NCBI RefSeq assembly: GCF_004010195.1
Contig: NC_057749.1
Span: forward strand, 18,392,488-18,456,487
Length of the DNA stretch: 64,000 bases
Reading direction: 5' to 3'
DNA from: Chiloscyllium plagiosum
Taxonomy: Eukaryota
Shown: positions 1 through 12,847 of the stretch, one piece after another
How the letters are laid out: each line of letters opens with the position of its first letter
Position numbering within the stretch: position 1 is the first letter of the stretch
Program-made: the position numbers and the translations under genes
Notes under the pieces: generated by a model
The model's input: the letters and a program-made list of their open reading frames with translations, nothing else
Told to the model about the DNA's origin: nothing
Databases searched by the model: none

Positions 1-170
1 CAATCCAAAAATGTGCAGGTCAGGTGGATTGGCCATGCTAAATTGCCCGTAGTGTTAGGTGTAGGGGTAAATGTAGGAGAATGGGTCTGGGTGGGTTACG
101 CTTCGGCGGGTTGGTGTGGACTTGTTGGGCCGAAGGGCCTGTTTCCACACTGTAAGTAATCTAATCTAAA
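1..170 (+). mobile_element. HE1-type V-SINE, 3' part (cut by window edge)
   Basis: V-domain-like core gtgcaggtcaggtggattggccatgctaaattgccc, LINE-like tail gggccgaagggcctgtttccacactgt and (aatct)n end; same sequence at 7 other sites in the window. Confidence 0.85.
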
Positions 171-172
171 AA

Positions 173-1094
173 TCATAAGTGGGGTATGGATGCTAGGGCA
201 GTTGCTTGCTCCTCCTGCAGAATGTGGCAGGTGAGCGAGAAAATGTGGCAAGTGAGAGACATGATACATGTCTCCGCTGGCTATATCTGCAGAAAGTGCA
301 CCCAACTCCAGCTCCTTGAAAACCGTTGGGGAATTGGAGCTGGAGCTGGAGCTGGATGAACTACAGATCATTCGGGAGGCTGAGGGGGTAATTGAGAGGC
401 GTTACCGGGAGTTGGTCACTCCTAAGGCTCAGGATAAGGATAGTTGGGTTACAGTCAGGGGGAGGAAAGGGAACAGACAGACAGTGCAGATATCCCCTGT
501 GGACATTCCACTCAGCAATAAGTATACCGTTTTGGGTACTGCTGGATGACCTACCAGAGGAAAGCCATAGTGGTCAGTTCTCTGGCACTGTGCCTGACAC
601 TGTGGCCCAGAAGGGAACGGGGCAGAAGAGAAAAGTGCTAGTGGTAGGAGACTCAATTTTTAGGAGAATTGACAGGAGATTTTGTGGTCAGGATTGGGAT
701 TCCCGGAAGGTATGTTGCCTCCCTGGTGCCAGGGTCCGGGACGTCTCCGATCGGTGTATAAGGTTCTAAAAGGGGAGGGTGAACAGCCAGAAATCATGTT
801 ACATATTGGCACTAATGATATAGCCAGGAAAAGGATCAAGGATATAAAAAGTGATTTCAGGGATTTAGGGTGGAAGCTGCAGAGCAGGATGAACAGAGTA
901 GTGTTCTCGGGTTTACTACTGGTGCCACGAGATAGCGAGGCGAGGAACAGGGAGCGGGCGCAGCTTAACACGTGGCTGAGCAGCTGGTGTAAGAGGGAGG
1001 GCTTCAGATATGTAGGTAATTGGGATGCCTTCTGGGGAAGGTGGGACCTGTACAAGAAGGACAGGTTGCATCTGAACTGGAAGGGGACCAATGT
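173..1094 (+). mobile_element. CR1/HER1 LINE ORF1 remnant (Cys motif, coiled coil, SGNH-esterase domain), frameshifted
   Basis: ATG at 186 gives MDARAVACSSCRMW; other frames give ICRKCTQLQLL, ELELELELDELQIIREAE, VLVVGDS, CCLPGARVRDV and HIGTNDI, typical of CR1 ORF1 esterases; runs into the gap. Confidence 0.85.
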
Positions 1095-2043
1095 NNNNNN
1101 NNNNNNNNNNNNNNNNNNNNNNNNNNNNNNNNNNNNNNNNNNNNNNNNNNNNNNNNNNNNNNNNNNNNNNNNNNNNNNNNNNNNNNNNNNNNNNNNNNNN
1201 NNNNNNNNNNNNNNNNNNNNNNNNNNNNNNNNNNNNNNNNNNNNNNNNNNNNNNNNNNNNNNNNNNNNNNNNNNNNNNNNNNNNNNNNNNNNNNNNNNNN
1301 NNNNNNNNNNNNNNNNNNNNNNNNNNNNNNNNNNNNNNNNNNNNNNNNNNNNNNNNNNNNNNNNNNNNNNNNNNNNNNNNNNNNNNNNNNNNNNNNNNNN
1401 NNNNNNNNNNNNNNNNNNNNNNNNNNNNNNNNNNNNNNNNNNNNNNNNNNNNNNNNNNNNNNNNNNNNNNNNNNNNNNNNNNNNNNNNNNNNNNNNNNNN
1501 NNNNNNNNNNNNNNNNNNNNNNNNNNNNNNNNNNNNNNNNNNNNNNNNNNNNNNNNNNNNNNNNNNNNNNNNNNNNNNNNNNNNNNNNNNNNNNNNNNNN
1601 NNNNNNNNNNNNNNNNNNNNNNNNNNNNNNNNNNNNNNNNNNNNNNNNNNNNNNNNNNNNNNNNNNNNNNNNNNNNNNNNNNNNNNNNNNNNNNNNNNNN
1701 NNNNNNNNNNNNNNNNNNNNNNNNNNNNNNNNNNNNNNNNNNNNNNNNNNNNNNNNNNNNNNNNNNNNNNNNNNNNNNNNNNNNNNNNNNNNNNNNNNNN
1801 NNNNNNNNNNNNNNNNNNNNNNNNNNNNNNNNNNNNNNNNNNNNNNNNNNNNNNNNNNNNNNNNNNNNNNNNNNNNNNNNNNNNNNNNNNNNNNNNNNNN
1901 NNNNNNNNNNNNNNNNNNNNNNNNNNNNNNNNNNNNNNNNNNNNNNNNNNNNNNNNNNNNNNNNNNNNNNNNNNNNNNNNNNNNNNNNNNNNNNNNNNNN
2001 NNNNNNNNNNNNNNNNNNNNNNNNNNNNNNNNNNNNNNNNNNN
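1095..2043. other. Assembly gap (N run)
   Basis: Run of n; ORFs spanning it are artefacts. Confidence 1.
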
Positions 2044-2578
2044 AAATGTGTTGCTGGAAAAGCGCAGCAGGTCAGGCAGCATCCAGGGAACAGGAGAATT
2101 GACGTTTCGGGCATAAGCCCTTCTTCAGGAATGGGGAAAGTTTGTCCAGCAGGGTAAGATAAAAGGTAGGGAGGAGGGACTTGGGGGAGGGGCGTCGGAA
2201 ATGTGATAGGTGGAAAGAGGTCAAGGTGAGGGTGATAGGTCACACTGGGTTGGGGGCGGCGAGGTCAGGAAGAAGATTGCAGGTTAGGAAGGCGGTGCTG
2301 AATTCGATGGATTTGACTGAGACAAGGTGGGGGGAGGGGAAATGAGGAAACTGGTGAAATCCGAGTTCATCCCTTGTGGTTGGAGGGTTCCCAGGCGGAA
2401 GATGAGGCGCTCTTCCTCCAACCATCATGTTGCTATGGTCTGGCGATGGAGGAGTCCAAAGACCTGCATATCCCTGGTGGAGTGGGAGGGGGAGTTGAAG
2501 TGTTGAGCCACAGGGTGGATGGGTTGGATAGTCCGGGTATGCCAGAGGTGTTCTCTGAAATGCTCCGCAAGTAGGCGG
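2044..2578 (-). mobile_element. Penelope-like element 3' fragment with terminal (pLTR) region
   Basis: Reverse-complement similarity to GIY-YIG-bearing copies at 18030-18723 and 49815-50430; carries a hammerhead motif. Confidence 0.8.
2101..2128 (-). ncRNA. Minimal hammerhead ribozyme motif (Penelope type)
   Basis: Minus strand reads CTGAAGA-A-GGGC-TTAT-GCCC-GAAAC-GTC: CUGANGA, 4-bp stem II, GAAA, GUC cleavage triplet. Confidence 0.75.
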
Positions 2579-3952
2579 CAATTACAGACCAGTCAGTCTC
2601 ACGTCTGTCGTCTGCAAGGTGTTAGAAAGGATTCTGAGGGATAGGATTTATGACCATCTGGAAGAGCATGGCTTGATTAAAGGCAGTCAGCACGGCTTTG
2701 TGAGGGGCAGGTCACGCCTCACAAACCTTATCGAGTTCTTTGAGGATGTTACTAGACAAGTTGATGAGGGGCGAGCTGTGGATGTGGTGTATATGGGTTT
2801 CAGCAAGGCATTTGATAAGGTTCCCCATGGTAGGCTCGTTCAGAAGGTCAGCAGGAATGGGATACACGGAAATTTAGCTGTCTGGATACAGAATTGGCTG
2901 ATCGACAGAAGACAGCGAGTGGTCGAGGAAGGAAAATATTCTGCCTGGAAGTCTGTGGTGAGTGGTGTTCCACAGGGCTCTGTTGTTGGGCCCTTACTCT
3001 TTGTAATTTTTATTAATGACTTGGATGAGGGGATTGAAGGATGGGTCAGCAAGTTTGCAGACGACACAAAGGTTGGAGGTGTCGTTGACAGTATAGAGGG
3101 CTGTTGTTGGCTGCAGCAGGACATTGACAGGATGCAGAGATGGGCTGAGAGGTGGCAGATGGAGTTCAACCTGGATAAATGCGAGGTGATGCATTTTGGA
3201 AGGTGGAATTTGAAAGCTGAGTACAGGATTAAGGATAGGATTCTTGGCAGTGTGGAGGAACAGAGGGATCTTGGGGTGCAGGTACATAATCCCTTAAAAT
3301 GGCCACCCAAGTGGACCGGGTTGTTAAGAAAGCATATGGTTTTTGGCTTTCATTAACGGGGATTGAGTTTAAAAGCCGTGAGATCTTGTTGCAGCTCTAT
3401 AAACCTTTGGTTAGACTGCACTTGGAATACTGTGTCCAGTTCTGATCGCCCTATTATAGGAAAGATGTGGATGCTTTGGAGAGGGTTCAGAGGAGGTTTA
3501 CCAGGATGCTGCCTGGAATGGAGGGCTTATCTTATGAAGGAAGGTTGACTGAGCTCGGACTTTTTTCATTGGAAAAAAGAAGGAAGAGAGGGGACCTAAT
3601 TGAGGTGTACAAGATAATGAGAGGCACAGATAGAGTTGATAGCCAGAAACTTTTTCCCAGGGCAGAAATTGTTAACACGAGAGGTCATAGTTTTAAGCTG
3701 GTTGGAGGAAAGTATAGAGGGGATGTCATAGGCGGGTTCTTTAAGCAGAGAGTTGAGAGAGCATGGAATGTGTTGCAAGCAGCAATTGTGGAAGCAAGGT
3801 CATTGGGGATATTTAAGAGACTGCTGGACATGCGTATGGTCACAGAAATTTGAGGGTTCGAACATTAGGTTTACCTCACATGAGGATCAATGGTCGGCAC
3901 AACATCGTGGGCTGAAGGGCCTGTTCTGTGCTGTACTGTTCTGTGTTCTATG
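2576..3952 (+). mobile_element. CR1 LINE ORF2 reverse transcriptase C-terminal part and 3' UTR
   Basis: ORF 2619-3356 has QHGFVRGRS, FSKAFDKVPH, SGVPQGSV and SKFADDTK; ORF 3467-3853 has LERVQRRFTRMLPG and TRGHSFKL; tail ctgtgctgtactgttctgtgttctatg. Confidence 0.95.
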
Positions 3953-4714
3953 AATCTTTTGGAATTCTAAACCCAAGAGGGCTGTAGATGTTTAGTCATT
4001 GAATATATTTAAGCATGAAATAAACAGATTTTACAGCTCTGGGGGATTGGGGGCTGTGGTAATTGTACTGGAGAGTGGAATTGGGGTCCAAGATTATTAC
4101 CCGTGATGTTGAATGAAGGAACAGGCCTAAAGGAACGCATCGGTTGTCCTCTTACGATTCCTGGCTACTTTGGCCCTTAAGCTGCCTCATTGTCAATTGT
4201 TCAAGTCCAGACGACACCACATTTGAACATTGTTCAAAAGTTGCAAACTGAATGCCACCAGTCAAATCAAAAACATAAAAGATAATGTTGCATTGATCTG
4301 CCTCGAACCATCTGCAGTGGGTTTTAATGATCACTATTGTACCTGATCTAAGGAACAGATGAGAGCTATCTTTGGATAGCGGAAGTAAATTTCTAGTTTC
4401 TCTAACTGTCTGCCCCGCCAGCCCCAACCCCCCCCCACCACTCCAGATGCTCGGTCTGAATTTGAAACTGGGACACATGAGTCTAGTTTCTGACTGTGAA
4501 ATTAACACCCCTGAATTACATTGAGTTCTGAATTTTCACACTGCGTGAGGCATATGAAGGAGTGTGGCCATTCCTTAAATCTTCATCTTACTAAGTACTA
4601 AAGCTTTGACAAAGAACATAATGCTAATTGCTTGGGAGCAAATATCTTTGTTTCCTTTCTTCTTAAAATATTGCAATGATTAGAGCATTGTTAATTTTAG
4701 ATTCCCAAGATCTC

Positions 4715-5057
4715 ATCGAATCCCTACAGTGTGGAAACAGGCCATTTAGCCCAACAAGTCCACACTGACCCTCCGAAGAGTAACCCACCCAGACCCATTC
4801 CCCTACCTAATTGCTGTACATTTCCCCTGACTAATGCACCTGAACTACACATCCCTGAATGCTGTGGGCAATTTAGAATGGTCAATTCACCTAACCTGCA
4901 CACCTTTGGTCAGTGGGAGGAAACTGGAGCGCCTGGAGGAAACCCACGCAGACACGGGGAGAGTGTGATAACTCCACACAGACAGTCACCCGAGGCTGGA
5001 ATCAAACCCAGGTCCTTGGTGCTGTGAGGCAGCTGTGCTAACCACTGAGCCGCCATA
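4715..5057 (-). mobile_element. HE1-type V-SINE
   Basis: Reverse complement has tRNA-like head ggcggctcagtggttagcac...gggtttgattcc, V core and gggcctgtttccacactgtagggat-type tail. Confidence 0.9.
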
Positions 5058-5459
5058 CTTTTTCACACTCTGGTTCAGGCTTTGCAGTCAGTTCAGAAAT
5101 CTGTCTTTAATTTGTGGAAAAAAATTATAATTCAGTTTTTAGAACATTGTGCCAACTTTGCTGAGGAATGCAGGTCATCAGAAGTGGAGTCTGTTTCCTT
5201 ATGAAGTACTCAGTGCTGAAGTTTAAAATGGGCAGGTCTGTTAAATGAATGGATGGTTTTAAGTTCTCCTCGATGCTGAGAAACAGGTACTACAGAAATT
5301 TGTATTGCTTCTCCCATAAATATCACTGGTAGTTAGTACAAATCTTTGATAATCCTGCTTTTCCAACTTTGTGCTGGCATTTGATCCTTTTGATCTATTT
5401 CTTAGATTTTGGCAGTTTTTTTATCTTTAGTTCTGATGCAGCTCTGGTCAGGATCCCTA

Positions 5460-5935
5460 TTTCTGTCAAGTCTGTGCATAACTCTACTAGCAGTGATCTA
5501 ACTCGCACCTATTCCTATTCAGCTATTGTCCCTGTGCTTACTGACCTACACTGGCACCTGGTTAAGTAAATAACTCAAAACTTCCACTCTTGTTTTCAAA
5601 CCTGTCATGCCCTTGTCTCTCCCTGTCTGTAGTTTCCAGCCCAACAGCAGCCATCACCCAAAGATGTTGTGTCTGACCTCTGAACCTCCTTGATTTTAAT
5701 CATTCCCCACCTTCAGTAACTGTGCCTTCAATAACTCTGGATTTCCATCCTTGTACTTCAGTCTCTCTCCTCCATAAAATACTTTTTAAAACCTACTTAG
5801 CTGATAAAGATTTTAATGAACTGCCCTCATATCTCCTTATGTAACATGATTTCAAACTTCATTCAATGATGCTCCAGTCAGGCACCCTGGGTTATTTTAC
5901 TGTGTTAAAAGTACTTTGTAAATGCCACTTGTTAT
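5460..5935 (+). mobile_element. Old L2-type LINE 3' end
   Basis: ccctgtgcttactgacctacactggc (LTDLHW) motif; related decayed copies near 9730-10125, 22200-22380 and 45240-45605. Confidence 0.6.
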
Positions 5936-6769
5936 CACTGCACTTCAGAAGTACTTAATTGGCTATTGAGTACTTCTATAATTTCCAAAATTGTGAAAGC
6001 ACTACATCAATGCATGCTGTTTGCTTCTGGTTTTTCTGTTTATTTTTATTTCTCCTCTGTCTTTTTTTTTGCTACCTTTATTTTACATTTTTGCCTGTTA
6101 CTCAAACTAGCTTCTCCTTTATTCAAAAGCCTCTGGGTTCACTTCCTCTGATTCAGATGAAGGCAAGCATACTTGTGATCAGAAGTTGACTTTATTCTTT
6201 CTCTCAGTGCGATGATTTCCTGTTGTCGTCACACACCATCCCTGTAATAAGGATGGGAAATGAGTTGCTTTCAGGGTCTGTATTAGTAACTGCCTCCCAG
6301 CAGGTGGTCGAAAGCAGGATGGTGAGGGAGCTTGGAAGCCCCACTGTCAAAATACTGAATGATTTTTAAGGCTTAACTTGATGGAGCAGAGCCAGATGAA
6401 CTTTAATATAGATACATGTGAAGAAAAACTGGGCAACAGGTATACTGCAGAAACGGTGTTAAGTACGAGAACTAAGTAGAAAGATATCCGGGGATATTTG
6501 TAGACAACCTGTCATCACAAAACAACAATCAATGGAATAAACTCATTGAATTTGCCAGCTGAAACAGTGCAAGTTTCGGAAATGTAGACCTGTTGTGCAG
6601 CATCGGATCATATTATTGTATAGAGCTGAGTAAAACAGTTACTTCTGGTTTTGGATATTTAACTTTGAGGAATAAAAGTCACCTCTCTGCCATTTGATTC
6701 TCCTGTCCTACTCCTACTGCAGTGCCATCCCTGAGTACTGAGGTTTCCTTTATCGTTTCCTTTCTGGCC

Positions 6770-7146
6770 TCCATATGTTCCAAACTGCTTCCAATCCAGT
6801 GAGCTTCTGTCAAAGTGCTGTCACAGTTGTAATGTAGGAATCACGGCTGGTAATTGGGCAGGCAGTCATGTGATTGTGATCAGTTTTTTGTTTTTGTCAT
6901 TTTGGTTGAAGGCTGAATATTGGTTACCAATCCAGGGAGAATTCCCCTGCTGTTTGAGCTAGCACCATGGTGTTGTTCACCTCTACTTGGGAGAGCAGAG
7001 TGAGCCTCTGGCTCCTTTGAAATTCTGCAGCTAAGAGAGAGCAACACTGTTGTCAGTGCTGCATTAGAGCATCACGCCAGGACTCCATGACCTGGAGACA
7101 GTCTTCTCACTGTGAGCTCAGAGTGCTGTCCACTGAGTTATGGCCA
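6770..7146 (-). mobile_element. Deu-domain SINE (SacSINE1-like), degenerate
   Basis: gtcacagttgtaatgtaggaa is the reverse complement of the Deu core ttcctacattacaac; tRNA-like head at the right end; related to 57737-58128. Confidence 0.6.
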
Positions 7147-7775
7147 GTGCAGAAAATGAAACAAGTAATGATCAACTAGCTCCAGTCCTGGCTGGTCCCT
7201 AAAACTTGGAGAAGGCTGCCTTGAGAAAGGAGCAATGCTTGAATGTTAGGGGTGTATCCCAGCACTTCTGTAAGGTCAAGCAACAGCAACAAACACAGCA
7301 CATACAAACTTGAAGCTTCATTTAAATTGCATAACACACAGGAAGCAGTCAGAGTGACATACTGGAAGCAGAACTTTCAGCTGTAATCTAAATAGCAGCT
7401 TCAATTCACAGACAGATTATTTTGTAGTTGTTTTAATTAGAATTGTCTGTTGTCTTTGCGGCTTTGCCTCTACCACCATCATTGTGCTGACGGGAACGCA
7501 CCGTACTTCATGTAAAGAAAAATTCAATTCTTTCCAACAGTGTTCTTTGACTATGATCATTTGTTAAAAGGTTGTAAACCTCTGAGAGCAATAATGATGA
7601 TAATGCCCTCAGCAGAGCGACTGTTAGTTTGAATAATGCTTGGACAGCTGTCCAACACTGAATTTATTGATGGAGTTTGGGGAATGAATGGATATTGGAG
7701 GTTGCTATGGGCAACTTTGCTTTGAAAACAATGTTGTTTTGATTCTGCTAGCTGGCTAACCCTTGTGCAGTACTT

Positions 7776-8075
7776 TTCAGGGTGATAGGCATAGGTTTAG
7801 GGTGAGAAGGGAAAGGTATAAAAGGGACCCAATGGGCAACTTTTTAACACAGAGGATGGTGCGTGTGTGGAATGAGCTGCCAGAGGATGTGGTGGAGGCT
7901 GGTACAATGACAACATTTAAAAGGCATCTGGATGGGTATATGAATAGGAAGGGTTTAGAGGGATATGGGCCAAGTGCTGGCAAACGGGACTAGATTAGGT
8001 TAGAATAACTGGACAGCATGGGTGAGTTGGACTGAAGGGTCTGTTTCCGTGCTGTACATCTCTACAACTGTATGC
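7776..8075 (+). mobile_element. CR1/HER1 3' end
   Basis: HRFRVRRERYKRD...RVWNELPEDVVEAGT, then the 3' UTR gaagggtctgtttccgtgctgtacatctct. Confidence 0.9.
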
Positions 8076-8427
8076 CATTCTGATTCAGGAGATATCTGTT
8101 GTTTTTCTCTACACAGGAAACTTGCACAGTCCTCGAGCTGGTAAATTATTGATGTTAACTGTCAAAGTAGAGCATTTGCAGCGGCCAGTTAATGCCATCA
8201 GTGTGGTGTGGCTTGAAATGCTAACTATTAAAAGGCCCAAAAGAGGATTATTATCGTTTTTAATTTACTTAAAGGGCTCTTAGATTGAAGCTATTGTTGA
8301 ATTGCTTTGTGAATTTCAGACAAGCTGAGAATGTGGTTTTGATGCAGTCCGTTATGAAAGCATTAATGAAATTATATTCAAATTATTTATTTTTTTTATT
8401 CGCTGTTGGGGTGAAAGTGTTGCGAGC

Positions 8428-8685
8428 AACACCAACATTCATTGTCTGTCCCAAGTTGCCCTTGAGAAGGTGATGCTGTACTGTCTCCTTGAACTACCTG
8501 GTTTCGATACTGTGCTGACGGGCAGGGAATTCCAGGATTTCAGCCCAGTGACGCTGATGGAACGTTGGTAAGTTGCCAAGTCAGTGACTGGTGAGTGGCA
8601 TGGGGAGGGTACCATTCCCATGTAACTGCAGCATTTGGAAGGTGTTGTCGAAGAGCCTTTGGTGCGTTGCTGCAGTGCATCTTGG
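8428..8685 (-). mobile_element. Degenerate 3' end of the LINE family seen at 60125-60665
   Basis: caacattcattgtctgtcccaagttgcccttgagaagg is the reverse complement of the gggcaattagggatgggc...aatgctgg tail seen near 29865, 47887 and 60590. Confidence 0.55.
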
Positions 8686-9729
8686 AGATAACACACCCGA
8701 TTAAAACGCAACATGCACACCGATGGGTTTTTTTCTTTTCAGTCACCCACAGGCGGTTGTTAATCTGCTGATCTGCCAAGTGGTTGAGGGAAAATTGTTC
8801 AGGTGTATGCTGATTACTGCAAAAAAAGCTTGGAGTGTTTGTATAACATGAGATTATTGACTGAGCAATGGCTGTATGATGGAAAGGGACTTGTCTTCAT
8901 TAGTCTGTATGCTTTCACCGGTGTCCATAGGTTTCCCTTGGACTTCCAGTTTTGGCTGATCTTTCTGTGTTGGTTGTCTTTGAAATACAAGAAGCTGTCA
9001 TGCAAACTCTTGTCAGGTATCCACTTCAAGGCACCACCATAATCAGTGCAGTTCTCCCTCTGCATCACTGAACCTCAGCTTAAATGACTTGCTTGGGCTG
9101 TGATGAGAACCTTAAATTCACAGTGTTGGCCTCTCGTAAGTGGCCTGAGAGGAAGCAAAAATGATCAGTTCAGTCATTCATTGCACAATGAGGAATTTAA
9201 AGTGTTATAGTGGAAGCCAGTCTATGTTCTTGATGCTTATTTGGTAAATTCTACTGAAGTGTGTCTGTGTAGAGTGTTGAACAGGATTTTACTGAACTTG
9301 CTCCCCACTTGCCCAGCTTAATTCAAACATCTGATAGCATTCCCTGCCTCTACTCACACTCAACAACTTGTTTGAGTTGCTGGAGGGCTCTTGTCAACTG
9401 CATAACTGTTTCTCTGTGTGCATTGATGCATCGGAAAAGATGGTTTTCGGGGTCTGAAATGAGCACTAAATCTTCAGCTCCGAGCAGGAAGTTGCTGGTT
9501 TGTTTGGTTGGCTTAAGGTGGCAGACACAAGCCACCCACAAAACTTGTGATTGAGGAGATGAAGCAAGTGCTGATGCAACTGCTATTTGTGGCAGAGCAG
9601 TCTGTTGGTTAATGCCTGAATTTCGTCAGTTACACAGTGAAATATCACTTATGCCTGTAACATGACTGAGTGGGAGAAAGCAGCAGAGTTGAACATAGGA
9701 GGGAAGTGTCTCAATTCCTAACAATCCCG

Positions 9730-10125
9730 AGTTCCCTTTGTCTCCTCTGTTCTTGCTGACCTGCATTAAGTCCCAATTAGGTTATGTCTTTGTTTTCCTT
9801 GTTTTCAACCCTGCCTTGGCCTTGCCTCTCCCTATCTCTGTAATCAACTGCAAAACCTTGCAAGATATCTATATTCTCCTAATTCTGAAAAGCTTTTAAT
9901 TGGTCCAGTATTAGTGGCTGCTTGTTCAGTTGCGGGACCCCAAACTCTGGATAAGCCTCCTTGTATCTCCCTGTTTTGTTCTTTTACATCAAAACGTACT
10001 TTAAAGCATATACCCCTGAAGCTCAGGACATCTGACTTAATGTCCTGATATGACTGTCAGACTTTGTGTTTGATATTGCTCCTGTGAAATACCCAGGTTA
10101 TGTTTAAATTGTGATATAAATATTA
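9730..10125 (+). mobile_element. Old L2-type LINE 3' end
   Basis: Similar to 5520-5930 (cttgctgacctgcatt...cttgttttcaa...tctccctatctctgtaatc). Confidence 0.5.
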
Positions 10126-11556
10126 CTTTTTTTTTCTCAGGTTTGATCCTGAAACTGGATCAGTTTGGAGGTATAATCGTCCGTGTTTACACTAGACTGG
10201 GGACCAGAAACCTAAAAGGGAATGTTCTGTTTATCATTAATCAGTGACATCAGCTGGAGGGATGATGATGAACATATTTGGCTTACAGTCCCTCTGAGAC
10301 TGGGTAACTGGCCAACCCAACACTTTGTTATGGATGATGGATGATGGATGAATATGATCCTGGGGATAACATGGAATTGCGCCCACATAGATTAGAAGAA
10401 CATTAAGCTATATAAGCTATAATTCTTGAAGCACATGTGTGCCTGGTCACCTTGACAGTACAGGTGTACAACAGTTCTGTGAAAGGTCATCAAGCTGAAA
10501 TGTTCACTCTTTCTGATAATGCTGTTAGACCTGAATATTTCCAGCATTTTCTGATTTTATTTCTGATCATCAACACCCACGGTTTTTTTTGTACCTTGGT
10601 TGCATTTCTTTCTGTGCAGTTAACATTTTGAAGTATATCTACAACCTAAGCTAGTGCTTGACACACGTTGTCCCACCGTGACCCCATTGAGGCTTGAAGA
10701 AGGTGGGGAATTGGGGGTAAGTCATACTGTGAGCTTAGATGGAGAGACAGTGTGTTTAATCTTCAGTGATTCGTGAGCTTGCATTTGGACCATGAGTCAG
10801 ATCTCAAAGCTCGTTCACTGAGGCTGTGTTCACCATTAAAGGTACTACCAGGATTTAAAGGGACCTTCCAGCAGTTGAGGTTGAACAGAGCTCTATGGCA
10901 GCCGTTGGTCCTTCTGAGCACATACCCATGTTCTCATCTTGCAATTCCATTTGGTGTCATGACCCATGGTTTGGAGGCTCTAGCCTCCATGCCAATATGA
11001 TGGGCCCTACACTGTGCACTTTTCTTTCCACCTTTATGAAATGGTGAAGAGGCCAGCTTGGCTAGTAGCTCTGCGGCCCTGGCTCCAACTTGGTGTAACC
11101 ATCTACTCTTGCTTAATTTGAAACTTTTCCTACTGTCAACTGTTGACGAAGATCTGTTTATGCATCTCCCCAATGAATAGCCCAGAAGAGTCACCTCTAT
11201 TTTCTTCATTTTGTTCTCATGATGGGGTTTGGTTCCACATATCCTTAGCAGTTTACCATATACCTCCGAACTGAACTGGGTAAGTGAGTTGAATTTCCAA
11301 CTAGTCAGTAACCACGATAGATGATACTCAGTCAGTTCACCTCATTACCCCATCCAGTTTCCAATGACACCGAGTATAGCTTTATTGAAATTAGCTTGTT
11401 GGGTTCCTTACCTGGGGAAATCCAAAACCTCATTCCCCTGCCCTACTTTCTCCCCATCAAGTGTTTATTCCTTGAACACTGCTTTCAGATAAACATTACT
11501 TAGTCCAGTAACCCCTGAATGGAATTGCCTTTCCCTGAAGTGTGTCAGATGTGTTC

Positions 11557-11758
11557 AGTTGTGAGGTGCTGGAAAAGCACAGCAGGTCAGGCAGCATCTG
11601 AGGAGCAGGAGAATTGAGGTTTCGGGCAGTCCTGATGAAGGGCTTGTGCCCAAAATGTCGATTCTCCTGCTCCTCGGATGCTGCCTGACCTGCTGTGCTT
11701 TCCCAGCGCCACACTCTCTACTCTGATCTCCAGCATCTGCGGTCCTCACTTCCTACTG
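11557..11758 (+). mobile_element. Palindromic mini-Penelope element with central hammerhead relic
   Basis: Arm 11566-11628 is the reverse complement of 11647-11709; centre ctgatgaagggcttgtgcccaaaatgtc; imperfect flanking direct repeat gtgtgtca(ga)tgtgttc at 11540-11556 and 11759-11773. Confidence 0.85.
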
Positions 11759-12847
11759 GTGTGTCATGTGTTCCGAAGGGAAGAGATTAGGTGGGACTAT
11801 TTGGTAAGCCGTTTGACGAGCACTGTGCCTGGTGCTGGAGATTGATGGGCTTCAGCTTTCTATCTCTCTGTCAGTTAGCTTTTACTCCTGCTCTGGTTTT
11901 AATTCATTGTCTATTGCAGGGGCCTAGCAGCCTGTTGTGAACAGCTGTGACCCACTGCAGCACAGAGATTTATGCAGGATCATACATTACTCAAAGTGTA
12001 CACAGACTTTGTATGAGTGTGCTACTAAAGCTTTGGATTCAATATATCGAGTTGGCCACGGTCAAGGATCAGCACAGGGAAGACATTAATGATGGTTAGA
12101 AGCAGCACTGAGATTTTGACCATGGAAGCGATGGTCATGAGCCACAGGATCATTTGGTCTACGCAGTGTATTGCTGTGTATTGATTATGAATAATACTGG
12201 CCAATTTCCAGGAAGCTTCAGCAGTCTGCTTTTCACAGCAGGTCATTGAATGACTGAGAATATAATGAGATTTGCCTTCATTCCAAATCGGATTGAAGCA
12301 ATTTATTTGGAAAACATTGAATTTCTATCTGGCTTGGCTGGGTGCCAGTAGGGAGGTTAAAGCGACTTTATTTGAAAAATTAACACTACTAAGGTGTCAG
12401 TTATTTATTTAGATAGGTTCTAGGCACCAAGCTGTGCTGCAGCGTTTTTATTGTTAAATATACAGTAGTTGATTTTAGAACCTGTTTTATTGAGCTGGTC
12501 TTTCATTAACACTGGCCCTGGTGCTGTCATTGAGAAACAGGGGCTTCATGCATTTGCTGCTGATATAACACCCTGCAATGATTAATGACATTGCTGCAAA
12601 TTGCTACAGTCCACATCCCACACATCTCTGTGATCCTTCAGCCGCAGATGTTTTTATTAGATTGCTCAATGGCATGCAGTTCCTTTTAAAGGTCACAGTT
12701 GCATCCCACTATAGCACACAGGAGAGGTTTAGCATAGGAACATGCACTACTTACTGAGAGTATGTATGGTGAACCTGTCTTACATGACAGTGCACTGCTG
12801 TGACAGGTTAATGCGTTCAAACTGCTTTTCTTCCTGTCCATTGTGCA

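Noticed and set aside
660..2243. Long ORFs of 340-527 aa
   Set aside because: They run through the N gap; the same applies to the ORFs at 14614-15349
2619..3356. 245-aa RT ORF as a functional or domesticated gene
   Set aside because: Truncated, frameshifted and followed by in-frame stops; an ordinary CR1 relic
10141..10170. Possible 30-nt exon after a strong polypyrimidine tract
   Set aside because: Weak donor (gtataa), stop codon in phase 0, and the tract is the T-rich end of an L2-like relic
10934..11209. 91-aa minus-strand ORF in apparently unique sequence
   Set aside because: No recognisable domain or splice signals; length expected by chance
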